A DNA stretch of 64,000 nt from assembly GCF_009914755.1 (NCBI RefSeq), contig NC_060931.1. One strand, 5' to 3'. Made by a program: the position numbers and the translations under genes. Below, piece by piece: positions 12,601 through 26,965 of this stretch. Numbering within the stretch: the first letter of the stretch is position 1; each line of letters opens with the position of its first letter. This stretch comes from the human T2T-CHM13v2.0 reference genome, Homo sapiens. The notes under the pieces are model-generated. The model searched no databases and had not been told where the DNA came from. It saw only the letters and a program-made list of their open reading frames with translations.

Positions 12601-15600
12601 GAACTACATCAGACACGGGTTCTCATTTCACCAGGAAACAAATGCGAGGACATTCTTACTTCCACTTACTACAATATATTAATGACTAGTGTGTGATGAT
12701 ACCTCCACCCACTCGGAGCTTAGAGTGATAACCCGGTTATCCTGCAGCTTTCAGATGATGGGTTCTACCTCTCTAATTGACTAGACTTTCTCTAATAATA
12801 CTGGCAAAGTCTTTATGGGTCAAAGTCAGAAGGGAAAGAGTCTCTAGTCAGAGCCAGAGTCATAAGACACAGTGAATGTATACTAATGATGCCACTTGGT
12901 AAACTTCCAGCATGTTATGCTGGAGGAGGCTGGGAGGCAGTCTGTCCCTCTGTCCCTCTGTCCTTGGTGGCACAGACAGCCCCCTGGAGCCAGCCAAATT
13001 CAGACTCACATTCTGCCTAAGGCAGAGGGACACAGGCAGACACACGCTACCAGGAGACGTCTGCCTTTGACATCCCACGTTTGTGACACATGCCAGATCT
13101 TCTCAGAAAGAAACAGTGCACCACAGCCACTGTGCCATCAGGCACTTTGACACTCACAGACATAAATGGGCAAGTCGGAAGGAGTAGATGATTCCCTCTA
13201 AGAGGACCTGCCTACTTTTCCTGGGAGAGTGAAGAAACCTCTAATCATTGGTTTCTCTGTTTTTCCAACCCAATGAGTAGACAGAATTGTTCCATGTAAT
13301 GATTTTTCTTCTCTCTGTATAAGACACTGGCCTTCCTGCTGTTTGCATTTTGGATTATTTTGTTTGCTTTTAAGTCAGAAGGACAAGAGTTGTGTATAGA
13401 CAAGCTTTATCATAGATTCTACCTAAAATTCTTCTGGAATATGATTCAGTTTTTTCCTTTGTAAATAAAATCATAGGTGAATGTGTGGTCAAAAGGTGTA
13501 GTTGGTTTTCCCCTTTCAGAGATCTGAGTGCCGCTGGGGGAGGTGGCATCTCATATTTATAAAACATGTTATTTATTTTCTTACTTTCAAAATGCTAAAC
13601 ATAGCTGATCTCAATTAATCAGCACAGTAACCCTTTCAGAAAAATAAGGTATTCTATTACTGAAAATGAAAGACTGCAAGGTAAAGTAACTGCTCTCAAA
13701 AAACGCTGCAATGGGATTAGAACCAAATTCTCCTGATTCCAAAGCCAGAAGTTACAGTCAGAGTATGATTGTATTTCTTTATTAAGATTAAAGTCAGCTC
13801 TCAGCAGCAGAAAGATTAAAATAATACTAGTTTAAGAAAGATGGAAATTTACTTGTCTCTCAAATTTATTTATTTTCCACATATAAGTCCAGAGGTGGAA
13901 TCTACACTGTATTTTGCTTTTATCTTCCATTTTCATCTTTTGCTTTTATCTTCCAAGATCACCTAAAGGAACAAAATGGCTGCTCTAGCTCCAGCCATCA
14001 TAAAAGCCTTCCTGCTAGCAGATATGAAAGAGGAGAGGGGACTATCATGCTCTATCCCTTTCAGGACTCTGCTTTAGAGGTTGCACTGCATACTTCTGGC
14101 ATAGCCAGTCTGTGGCAAAGCCTAAAATAGAGGCCAAATTTCCAGATTTTTGGACCAAGCTCTTTCCAACAATCTGTCCCTTACGCCTGGAGCTTTTTGT
14201 CACCGTTGTGTTGATGTAATCTTTGGTCAAGTTTCTGTCTCTCAGCCTATCCATTAGTCTTTGCTAGTAGGAGGTGATTTTTCTCAGGGATGCATAGATA
14301 AGGTAAGGTGGAGGCTTGGCTCCATTGGAAATGCTGAAATGAATTTACTGCAAAACTAGTGTTTTCTATGGGAGTGGGATGGGGCAGGAAAATCTATTGC
14401 ATCTCCACCAGCCAGAATTCACTTGCGTCTAGTAAGACCTCCTCACATTTCCATCAGTGTCTACAACTTACAGAGTCACAAAAAGCTCGGAGACAATAGG
14501 AACAGACATCAAAATTATCAATAACGCAAAATATAAGTGCCCATATAATGCCTAATATAAGTAGCATGTACCGGACAATGCCTCGTATTCTACTGAAGAA
14601 ATAGCCAGTGATCTTCTGGCGGCCCATTTCAAAGTCTTAAATTTTTTTGACACCTTCAGTAATACTTGTTATTGATTTGCTCTAAGTGAGGTTTTTTAAA
14701 TAATAGAATCATCATAATCCCTTTAGAGATCCTTCAAAAAATCTTAGATTTATATAACAGCTAATCATAAGAATCCTTAACAATGTGTATATGCGAAGTC
14801 CTTTTGTTCGTTATCAGGAAAGGGCTTGGCTGATAACACATTTCTGAGGATATTCATTCCTGGATAAATTTTTAAGGATTTTTATTCTTTGCTGATCTTT
14901 ATTTCACCTTCACCCCTCTCAACATTTGAAAGCCTACTTAACTCTATATTTTCTTTTATGTTAGGTTCAAGTGAAAAAATAATTTGCAAAAACAAATCCT
15001 AATTCTACAAATAAATTGTTTTTTTTTTTTTCCTTAACCATGTAGCAGGTGGTTGACAATATTAAATACAGAAAGAGGGCCTTCGTTGTTTCAGTGGGGT
15101 TTCAGTGTATCAAGCTGTTTAAAAGTCTAAACAGGACTCTGTTAAGGCACATAAAAATTGAATAGAAAATAATGGAAATGTAAAAGATTTTAAAAGCTAT
15201 TTGGGCAATGCATTAATCAAAGGCAAATTGGGCAGTCTCAGATCTTATGATTAAAAATTAAGTGAAATTGAAAGCCACTAAAGTCATCTTTGAAATGTAG
15301 CTACTTCCCAAATAATTTCCAAGCTGTGATTATTTTTTTGAAAGTACGAAAGTACTTATCAATGTCATTACTGACGTTGTAAAAATAGATATTGTGGTAT
15401 CATTTTACCGTAGTTTGAAGTCCACAGAATGTAATAACCCTCCTCTCAGTCTATCCACACACGCTTACCCATTTCAGCCCCAGACAATTCTCCACCTTTG
15501 TTTCCAAGGTTTAGGGTTTCTAAAGCAAATGCCTCCTAATAACCTCAGACTTACAAAATACAGTACCTGGTTGCATTCTTGAAAGGGGGAAGAAAAATAT

Positions 15601-15619
15601 TACGTGGTCTTTCTAACTC

Positions 15620-15925
15620 TTTTTTTTTTTCTTTGAGACGGAGTCTTGCTCTGTCCCGCAGGCTGGAGTGCAGTGGCGCGATCTCGGCTACTGCAAGCTC
15701 CACCTCCCGGGTTCACGCCACTCTCCTGTTTCAGCTTCCCGGGTAGCTGGGACTACAGGCACCTGCCACCACGCCCGGCTAATTTTTGTTGTTGTTGTTG
15801 TATGTTTAGTAGAGACGGGGTTTCACCGCGTTAGCCAGGATGATCTCAATCTCCTGATCTCATGATCCGCCCGCCTGGGCCTCCCAAAATGCTAGGATTA
15901 CAAGCGTGAGCCACCACGCCTGGCC
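15620..15925 (-). mobile_element. AluY
   Basis: Y-type diagnostics gcaagctcc, ttcacgcca, ttagccaggatg. Confidence 0.9.
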
Positions 15926-16823
15926 TCATTCTTATTCTCAAGATCCTGCAGGAAAATCAGGTGTAGTGAACCTCCCAGTCAGGTTATCCCGCCACGTATG
16001 TTAAAGTTGCCAGCGTAAGTTGGAATCAAGAGGCCTGCGTGAGGCCCTTGAGCCAGAGGGAGCTCATTAACCAGCCAGCAATTCTAATGTCCACATCTCA
16101 CTTAGGGTCTTGGAGAAGCTGGGAATTCTCCAGGTCTCGGGAGCACGTCTCACAAATGTCAAGGCTGTACCACCTTGGTTAAGCGCTTACTGGCAGGGCC
16201 GCTGAATGCTGTTTGTATTTAGAATGGAAAGAAATATTACTAGAAAACTTGCTCTTTTGAAAGAAACCTTTGTACCTCTTTGGAGCCCACATTGCCTTCC
16301 TCTGACAATTTTTGTGAGGTAAACCAGAAAGCAGAAAACCCAGACACGAGAAAAAAAAAATTGGAACTCTGTCTCCTCCCTCCAGGCCTAATCCTACGTA
16401 CTAAACTGCAGCCCCGCTGTAGAGCTTCCCAGCGTCTGCTCAGGAGCCCCCTGAACTGTCTTCACCTGTACAATTAGTGGGTGTTATGGGAACGTGCACC
16501 TCTGGCTTCCCACCTTCGGTATCTCCCACTTCCTGTACTTGTTTTACCTAAACACGAGAATAGTTGCTCACAGTTTAGTCTTTCTCAATTCTACCCTCAC
16601 CCAACGTTCCCCCAAAACCCACCTCTGGGGCGGGGATCGCCTTCCTGATCATCCAGGGAGAAGCATCTAGGCTGTTTTGAGTCACTGCTCCTCACTGACC
16701 GAGTCATTCCCAAGTGGTGCCTGCACTGTGGACAAGAGCTCCAACCCTATTGTACGTTTCTAGAAATCAGGGATTATGTGGTCTTATTTTCTGCTCCATT
16801 TTTTATGAAATATTTTAAATATT

Positions 16824-16898
16824 TTCTTGAAAGGGGGAAGGAAAACATTACTGTGGTCTTTCTAACTCGTTCTTTTCTTTTTTTTGAGACGGAGTCTT
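16824..16898 (+). repeat. Templated copy of 15576-15647 (unique flank + AluY tail junction)
   Basis: ttcttgaaagggggaag..aa.attac.gtggtctttctaactc..(T)n..gagacggagtctt occurs at both sites. Confidence 0.92.
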
Positions 16899-18006
16899 AC
16901 CCTATACTGTACTCTACAGAAAAGTAGAAAACATATTTCAGTGAACACCTATATTACCAGTACAAATGCCAATTAATTTCAATGCCTTGGCCATTTTTGT
17001 GTCCTCCATCAGTTCTTTTTTTGCTGAAAATATGTAAACATAAATTATACTCTCATTTTCTTTCATCCCTGAATACTAAAACATGCATCTCCAAAGTGTA
17101 TCTTCCCATACATCCACAGGAACATCATTGTATCTGACAAAAACGACCATAATCCCCAAATATCATTACATTCCCAGGCCATATTCAAATTCCCTTATTC
17201 AGTCTCAAAATATTTTCTGTAGCTTTTGTTTTCTTTAAGCCTGGATCAAATTAAAAATCATAATTGTACTTGATTATGTCTTTTACATTTCTCTTAATGG
17301 TAGAATGGCTCCTCTTTTTTCTGTGATATATGCTATTTCACAATACACCTGGATTAGGCCAGTTGTATTGTAGGCCCTCCTGCATTCCGGACTTGACTGA
17401 TTGCTTTCTTGTGAGGTGGTTTCACAGGTTTATCTATAATGTCTACTTGTCCCATGATTGGTGATTCGAAGGGGAGATTAATGGGCAAAAGAGGTGACCA
17501 CCAAATTTCTCTATTATAAACATGTTTTTCCCATTGAGAATGGCGTATTTTCTGTGGGATAATATCCCATTAACTTTTCTCCAAATGAGGTTAGCATCCA
17601 TCATTGATCCTTACCTGCACCAAGTTTTACGACAGGGGCTACAAAGCGGTGATGTTCTGAATTAATCACCTCTTCTACACTTACGAGTTGACAGTCTTCT
17701 GAAAGGTGGAACTCTCCTTCATAAACAGGCTATTTGGTGTACCTGAAGTACCAACAAAGCAGGCAGCTGAATCCTTGTCTGTTTTTAATTATTAGTTTTC
17801 AGATTAAGAAGTTGATATCATAGTTATGTTCAGCTATGGAAAATAAATAGTTTTGTTTTCTTTAATGTTTTGTGAGTATCACTATTGACTTGTGCTTTCT
17901 AAAATGTATTCACTGTGTCTTCATCACCGATAGCATTATTCTTTTGGTGTTTGGATTGTCCTAACTTTGACCATGGAGAGCCCCTCCATAGGGTTATTCT
18001 GTCCTT

Positions 18007-18479
18007 GTGTCAGTTATCTAATGCCACAGAGTGCTGTGTAATAAACAACTAACAACCTTCCAGAACACATAGAATAAGTCATTTTTCACAAACCTGGCTG
18101 TTGGCAGGTGGTGGTTAGGGAACTCCACGTATCTCATGGCTGATGTGCTCACATGGCCAGACACCCAGCTGGATGTTGGCTGATCTGGAGTGGCCTCTTC
18201 TTGGATGACTGGAGCAACTCGGTTTGTTCTTCATGCCTTTGATCCTTCTCCTGGGCCAGGACACTAGACCAGGCATGTTTGTCTCATGGCAATAGCAGAA
18301 CCCAAGAGAGAGCAAGTCCACTGTGTAAGAGCTTTTTAAGCACCAGCCCGCTTCTACTTACTGATATTCCATTGCCCAATTCTAGTCCTGTGTCTGAGCC
18401 TAGAGTCATGAGAAAAGGCCCGGAAAAATTAGATGGAAAAGGGTGGGGTGAAGAATTGGAGCCATTTACAATCTACCAT
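18007..18479. mobile_element. MLT1-type MaLR solo LTR
   Basis: tgtgtcagttatcta.tgc...aacaac start, caatctacca end. Confidence 0.7.
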
Positions 18480-18796
18480 GGTCTTATTGATGTGTCCTTA
18501 TCAGTCACTTGTCTCCCCCACTGGTCTTTGCTTTCTGGCCAGTAAGATATTTTAGATTTATAATATACTTTGTGTGCCTCAGACCTGGAAACATCCATTT
18601 TTTCAAGGATCCCTGGCTCATTTTGGGGAGAATGGTACTCAGAGACAAAAATCTGGGTGTCTAGGATAATCATGCTTCTAGCCCGTTTTCATGGACAAAA
18701 CTAGCAAGTGTGTAGTTTTGAACAATAAAGAAACATTGGTTCCTATTGATATTTCTGATGCAAATTCAACATCACAGAGTTTTAAATTTTAACTGA

Positions 18797-19110
<314 letters not shown>

Positions 19111-20069
19111 TGAATGTCCATGATTAAAAATGTGGGTCTCTTTTCTCTTGTACAGAAAATCTTAGCTCCTAATAACATTAACGGAATTGTTTATTTACTT
19201 GGAATGATGTCTGAGAGCACAATGCTGTGATTAACACGGAATGCTACCACAGCTAATATGCAGTAACTGTCATCTGATTATCAGTTTCATTAAAGTCAGA
19301 GAACGTGGCTAACACATGGTCCATACCAAATATCTAGCAGAGCATCCCGTACATTGTAAATATTTTTTAATGCATAAAATGTCTATTGGTTTTGTTGTTT
19401 TGTTGTGTTTTTTTTTTTTGAGTTTTGCTTCTTGTACCTATCATTTCTCTTTTTGGAAACACCTACCTTTTCTAAGCATATTCTCATGCAAATGAGTTAC
19501 TGATCTACTTTAAGCAGAATGCACATAATTTCTTTTACATTTCCTCACCGTCTCTATGTGTAGTATTTCCTTGATATGCTAAAGGGCTGTGTGCAGTTCT
19601 CATAATCCCAAAGAAAAGGATGTAGTTATCATGTTGCGTACTTTTTAAAAATATCATGAGTTTTAACAAAACCTAAAAACCAGAAGAGGCTTTGGCATTT
19701 CCATGGCATTCAAACTCCTACTTTTTAATCCATTGATTCTGATGACGATTACTGAGGCTCCTGCTACAGTATAAGCCTGCATTCTTTTTTAAGGTCTTGT
19801 GACATTTGGGTTATGCTGGAATTTGTTTTTAACTATTTAAAGATTTCCTATTTTGTCCCACAGTGGTTGTCTTCTTTATCTTTAAGATAATATCTTTAAC
19901 ACTGAAGACATTATTGGCAAGAGGAAGGTCTGGAGGTCTGCTCACCACCTTTGGTGTTCTCTTCCATAGCCATGGCCTGAGAAGGGTGATTTTTCCAGGT
20001 GAAAGATAGGCTGTGGTGTAAACTAAGACATTCCAAATGAAACATAATCACTTAATATAACCTCGTAGA

Positions 20070-20276
20070 TAGTGCTGTCCAAAAGAACTTTCTACAGTAT
20101 TGGAAATATTCTATACCCACAGCATCCAACACAGTACCCACCAGCTATATGTGGTTACTGAGAACTTGAAATGTGTCTAGTATAAATGAGGAGCTAAATT
20201 TTTAATGTTATTTAATTTTAATTAATTTTAATATTAATGGAAACATGTGGCTAGAGGCTACATATTAGCAGTACAG
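20070..20276. mobile_element. MER3 (hAT-Charlie)
   Basis: agtgctgtccaa.agaactttct...acttgaaatgtg.ctagt...acatgtggctag. Confidence 0.85.
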
Positions 20277-22234
20277 TTCTAGACTATAAATATGGTCCAA
20301 CTAAAATATTTGCATTTGACTCATGTTTCCTGAAAGAAACTGGCAGTAGGAATTAATGTCAGCTTTCTAATCATTTTTGATTCTTCTTATAACTTGCCAT
20401 ACACACCTTATTGCTTAAGAGCCAAAGGAAAAATCACTCTTCATGAGAGGCAGTGTATCTACATCTGGACTGAAGACCTTCATTTGGCTGCTGTGAGTTC
20501 ATAGGCTCCCAGCTCCTGACTTTGCAGCGAAAAATTTCAGAATTGGAGCTTGTGGCCCAGTGATTATTGGAGAAACATGGTGAAAACACAATCACTAATA
20601 GCCTGCAACCGAAATATCAGATTAATTCTATAAACACAAATTACTGCAGAAGCCCAAAAGGGATGAAATGAAAGACAGGTGCAACAGACCTTTATTTACG
20701 TTATAGCTGCATGATGTTTTTAAAACTTCTTGAACTGTAAATGTTAATAGAAAATGTTAAAGTAGAAAGAATAGTAAATAAACCTCCAAATCTGTTTGTT
20801 TTTTAAGTATCATTTTAAGTTCAAGAACTTATGCATAGTCGATGAGCTTCAATCTTTTGCAGTTATTAGTTTTATCAATGCTCCAATTGTTTTATTCTTG
20901 GCCAGAGGGAGCCTCTCCAAGATGGCTTCTGAGTCATTTTGACATGGTCCTAATAAACTTTGACCTTTGGGCTCAGATATTGCCTATCACAGACATGGAA
21001 TTAGCCATTTACAGAGAGAATCTGGGTTTCATTTAGTGGGAAATGGTATTTCTAGACTGCAGTGTGGATACTGGAGATTACAGATTAATATTTTATGACC
21101 ATAATATTGATGTTGACTGTCTTAAGATATGTGTATGTTGTATGCTATTTGTTATCAGAACATACATAAATACAAGTAAATTATAGATAGAAATAAAATA
21201 AATAATAGAACACTGTTTCTATTGCTAGTTATTTAAAACTAAAAGAAGATGATAGGAGAAAAATTAAATTTACTACATTCATTGTGTATACTCTTTGTTT
21301 CAGAAATTAAAATCTATTACTATGTAGGGATTCTTTGTGATATTTATACAATCAGGGATTAATGTACTCTTCAAAACCAAACAGCATATATAAATTACAC
21401 TTAGTAATGAGATTTGTTAGCTCAATTGTTAATGAATCTACAGTACCATAAGATGCCATAACATTATTTAAATTTTTAACATACGCATGGTCTTCAAAAG
21501 CCTTTTTAAAAATGCATTATTGTCAAGCAAAAGTAAACAACATATAAAATCAGCTGATCTATGATACTATGAGTAAATAACTGGCATTTTATCTAATTGT
21601 TGAGAGAGTTAGAAAAAATAATTTGTTATTGTTATATCAGTTTGAAAAAAAAAACAAAAAAGGAATCATCTTCCTAGTCCTAGCTACCAATGCAATTTTT
21701 TTCCATTTCTGTAATATTTTCAGCTTGAAGAATCGCATAGGTACACAGGAAAATGAGATGAGTGGCATATTTTAAATGCAAAGCACTAGATATATTGCAC
21801 ATGAAAAGTAACTAGCAATTGGTGGTGCTGTAAGCTTTCCTTTTGGAAATTTTCTCCTAGGAATCTGACATTGTATGTTTCTTAGAACTCCCATTGAGCA
21901 TGGCTTTTCAACTTTATCTCCCTATCCATATAGTGTTAAAATGCACTCTACGCTCCCCTATGTAACATCTTATTGCTTTGCAATTATAAGGATAAAATAA
22001 CGATAATTGAATCTCATAAAGAGGCACAAAAGGTATAATTTGACAAAAAAGAAACACCATGCCTACGCCTCCGTCCTTACTCCACCTCTGTCATGGCCTC
22101 CTCATTCTAGAGCAGTTACTCTTACACTAGTGGTTCTCGTCATTGTTTTGTATGTAAGGTGGATATTTGGTGACTTAGACTTATGATAGTATTAATTGGC
22201 TCAATTCCTCATACATATATTTTGCATCTAACTT

Positions 22235-22870
22235 TGTACCAGTCATTATGCTAGGTATTAGAGATAGAAAATCAGGAAGCTGTGGCCTCTTCTCTGGCGA
22301 ATCATGTACTCTAGTGCAGAAGACAGAGAGTTATTACAAACAAATAACTCTATCATGCTGTGATGAATATAAAATAGGATGAATGAAGTATGGACTGAAA
22401 GCAGAGAGAGATTAATTCTGCCTGGAAAAGGCATGAAAACTGTACAAGGGAGTTGGCCTTTATGCAGATCCCAGGAAGATCTTACCCGGCCATAGTGGGA
22501 GAAGGACATTACAGGTGCAGGGAGCAGTGTGAGGGAGTGCAGAGGATTGGGAGACATGGTGGTGCTCCAGATGCTTTGTTGGGGTGATAGGCATTCAAAT
22601 GGGAAGAGGGGCCAAGGCCAGAATCGGAAGGACCTTAAATGTCAGGCTAAGAAACTTGACTAAAATAGTTTCTGCCAAAGGGATAAAAAGGAGTTTTAAA
22701 AGAGAGATATGGCTTTGTCTGCATAGAGAATGGAAATAAGGAGAGCGACCCATTAGGAGGCTGCTGGAGTAGTCTATGGTGAAGGTGATGACAATCAGAA
22801 CCAAGGCAGAAACATTGGAAATGAAGAAGACAGGTGATTTGAGAAGGCTTCAAGAGGAAGAATGGGCAAG
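22235..22870 (-). mobile_element. L2 fragment
   Basis: tgctaggt...ctctagtg...acaaacaaataa...ttaggaggctgctggagtagtc. Confidence 0.7.
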
Positions 22871-23452
22871 TCAGGAAATAATCCAGAGAGGGGATCCCCA
22901 GTCACTGCCTTCCCACATTGCTGAATGACCTGTGAATCATATCTGTGGCAGGGAATCAAGGCAGGTCAGCTAAAGAGCTTAAACATCTTCACTAACAACA
23001 CTAACAACAAAGCTGCTACCCAAGAAACAAACTTGGCTGTGTAAGCCTAGCAAAGAAAATTGCCTGCTAGAACAAAGGAAATCACATTTATCGGGAGATA
23101 ATATCAAAACCCAGAATGTCCAGAAATTAATATCCATAATGTCTAGGATATAATCCAAAATTACTTAAGATACAAATAACCAGGAAAGTGGAACACATGC
23201 TCAAAATAAAAGAAAGCTAATCATTTGACCTGGAAATGGAACAGATTTCTGGAACTGACAAAGATTTTTTGAAAGCTATTATAACTATCCTCAACGAATT
23301 AACATAAGCCTGTTTTGCAATGAATGAAAATCTCAGCAGAGAAATAGAAAATCTCAGCAGAAAACATAAAGGAACCAAATGGGGACTTATAAATAGAACA
23401 ATAAAAATTCTGAAATTAAAAAATTCACTGGATAGACTTGATAATTTAATTA

Positions 23453-23817
<365 letters not shown>

Positions 23818-24060
23818 TTATTCAAAATGAACAGGGAGAAAATTTGTTTTTAGTGCGTCAGAGGCCTGTGAAGAGATATCCATCTGCCCAATTTATGTGT
23901 AATTAAAATTCTAGGAGAGAAAATGGATAAAGAAGTAGAAAAACAATTTGTCAAATTAACAGCTAAAAATGTGATGAAAGACATACCTTGGCAAATACAA
24001 GATGCTCAGTGAACATCAAACAAAATAAACACAAAACAGCTCAATCTAAAGCACATCACA

Positions 24061-24874
24061 TCATTAGAGGAATGCAAATCAAAACCATAATGAGACACCA
24101 TCTCATGCCAGTTATGCCAGAACTTGAAAAAAAAAGTCAAGAAACAACAGATGTTGGCAAGGTTGCAGAGAAAATGTAGCACTTTTACACCTTGGTGGGA
24201 ATGTAAATTAGTTCAACCATTATGGAAGACAGTGTGGCGATTCCTCAAGATCTAGAAGCAGAAATACCATTTAACCTTGCAGTCCAATTACTGGGTATAC
24301 ACATGAAGGAATATAAATATTTCTAGTATAAAGATATGTACACATGTATGTTCACTGCAGCACTGTTCGCAATAGCAAAGACATGGAATCAACCCTAATG
24401 TCCATCAATGATAGACTGGATCAAGAAAATATGGTACATATACACTATGGAATACTATACTATGCAGCCACAAAAAGGAACAAGATCATGTTTTCTTCAG
24501 GGACATGGATGGAGCTGAAAGCCATTATCCTCAGCAAACTAACACAGGAACAGAAAACCAAACACCGCATGTTCTCACTTATAAGTGGGAAGTGAACAGT
24601 GAGAACATATGGACACATTGCAGGGAACAACACACACTGGGGCCTATTGAGGGGAGGCGTTGGGGGAGGGAGAACATCAGGAAGAATAGCTGATGGATGC
24701 TGGGCTTTATACCTAGATGATGGGTCGATCTCTGCAGCAAACCACCTTTATACCTAGGTGATAGGTTGATCTGTGCAGCAAACCAGATTTACCTATGTAA
24801 CAAACCTGCACATCCTGCACATGTACCCCAGAATTTAAAATAAAAGTTGAAGGAAAAAAGAGACCAAAAGAATA
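24061..24874 (+). mobile_element. Older L1PA (L1PA13-16-like) 3' end with TSD
   Basis: Ends gaatttaaaataaaagttgaagg. TSD aaagcacat(c/a)aca at 24048-24060 and 24875-24887. Confidence 0.88.
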
Positions 24875-26446
24875 AAAGCACATAACAGTCAGCTTCAAAA
24901 GCCAAAGGCAGCACGTAAATCTTAAAGGCACCAAAAGAAAAATAATACGTTCTGGGAAATAATTCAATTAATGGTTGACTTCTCATTAAAAACCATGGTG
25001 ACCAGAAGAGAGTGGAACAGAGTTTCAAAATGCTGAAAGGCAAAAAACAAAACAAAAAACCCTATAAACTGGAAATCTATATTCACAGAAAATATTCTTC
25101 AAGAATAAAGGTTAAATGACATTTTCAGATAAAACAAATATAAAATAATGTGTTTTGCCAGCAGACCCATACAAAAAGAAATCCTAAGGGAATTTCATCA
25201 CGGAAGAAAATGATATACAATGGAAACTCAAATCTTGATAAAGAATAAAACACATCAGAAATGGCCAATTGTGGATAAATGCAAAAGACATTTTTTTCTT
25301 TTTGACTTTTTAATTTTAATTTCTTTATAAACCATGTTGTGTCATAAACTAAAACTATAACATTGTCTTCTGTAATACGTAAATTATGTTGATGTAATAC
25401 ACATAACAAGTATAATTGCGTGGAAGTGGACACGGACCTGAAAGCTTAACAGGTTTCTATAGTTAATAAGAAGTGGTACATTATTAACTGCTTCTGGACT
25501 TTGAAAATTTAATGGTATATATTATAACTTCTAAGACAACCACAAAAAAAGCTAATGCAAAGAAATGCAACTAAAATAGGAAAATTAAAATTCTAAAGAT
25601 ATTTAAACAATAAAATGAAAGCCAAATAATGAGAGAGAAACAAGACAGAGGAGACACTTAGAAAACAAACAAACAAATGATAAACCCAAACCCAGCCATA
25701 TAAATGGTTTTCTTATATGTGCATATGGTATATTTAAAGGTTAGACTATATTATTATCCATAAAAATGACGTTTCAAAAGACTGAAATATATACAGAGTA
25801 TTCTTTGATCCAGTGGATTTAAATTTTAAAAATCTATAACAATAAGATGGTCAGATAAACTTTAAATATTTGGAAATTAACAGATTTCAAAATACCTACT
25901 GGGCATATGAGACATTTGAGGGAAAATTGGAAATAATTTGAACTGAATAATAATGTAATTGAGCATATCAAAATTTGTGAGACGTCACTAATGCTATACA
26001 CACAGGAAAAATTTTAGCTTTAATAGTTTAACTAGAAAGGAAAAAAAATATCAAACCAAAGACCTAGGCTTTCATCTTAACAAGCTAGAAGAAAAGAAGT
26101 AAATTAAAAGTGAAGCAAAAAGAAGGAAGGAATAACAAAGAAAAGAAAATAACTTTCTGAAGTAGAATACAGAAATAATACACATGATAATGCCAAGAGC
26201 TTGTTCTTTGAAAGGTCAATAAAATTGGTAAATATCCAGTTTGGTCAAGAAAAAAAGAAGACACAAATGACCAATTCAGGAAATAAAGTAGGGAGATAAA
26301 TGCAGATGCCACGATCCTACTAAAGCATAACCTGTTATCTTACTAAAAAGATAATATGTTATTAATTAATAGAAAATGCATGCATATTTTTTAAATTAAT
26401 ATTTTTAAATAAATAATTTATTTTTAAAATAAAACAAAATTTATAC

Positions 26447-26965
26447 TGATGGGGTTCAGGATATACTACCAAAAAATATGGCACCTTGGCAGTGGAGGAA
26501 ATAGCAGAAACAAAGGTCTCTCTGCCCTTCCTCCACACTTCTCCCCTAAAGCAGGTCATGCAAGAATCCTCTGACTTTCTTCTGAAGAAGGTTACAAGAC
26601 TTTCATTCTAGAAGTGTCATTCTTGTACTCAGAAGAAAGGAATTTCCTTATTTCACAAGACACAGGGACACAAAGAAGAATGTCAACCAACAGGCCTTGC
26701 TAAGTTCCCCATTTATTACCATTAGATCACATCACCTTTCTTCAATTATACTTCTCCATAAATGTCCACCATTCATCAAACCAAAGCATAAAAATACACA
26801 GGTTTCCCTGTTTCTTTGGATGTTCCTGTCTGAAGTTTCCCATATCACATAAAACTTATGTTACATAAATGTGTATGTTTTTCTCGTGTTGATGTGTCTT
26901 TTGTTGTAGGTGCCTCAGCCATGAGACCCTGATGGTGAATGAGAAAAGATCTTTTCTCTCCTACA
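26447..26965 (+). mobile_element. ERV1 solo LTR (MER34/MER39 group)
   Basis: TG...CA termini (tgatggggttcagg...ctcctaca). 4-bp TSD ATAC at 26443-26446 and 26966-26969. Host L1 resumes colinearly. Confidence 0.85.

Larger units (their letters stand above)
16798..18790 (-). mobile_element. Old L1M (L1MC/ME-like) 3' region, interrupted
   Basis: ttttatgaaatattttaaatat...acagaaaagtagaa...gaacacc and downstream L1MC-like motifs. Interrupted at 16824-16915 and 18007-18479. Confidence 0.65.
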
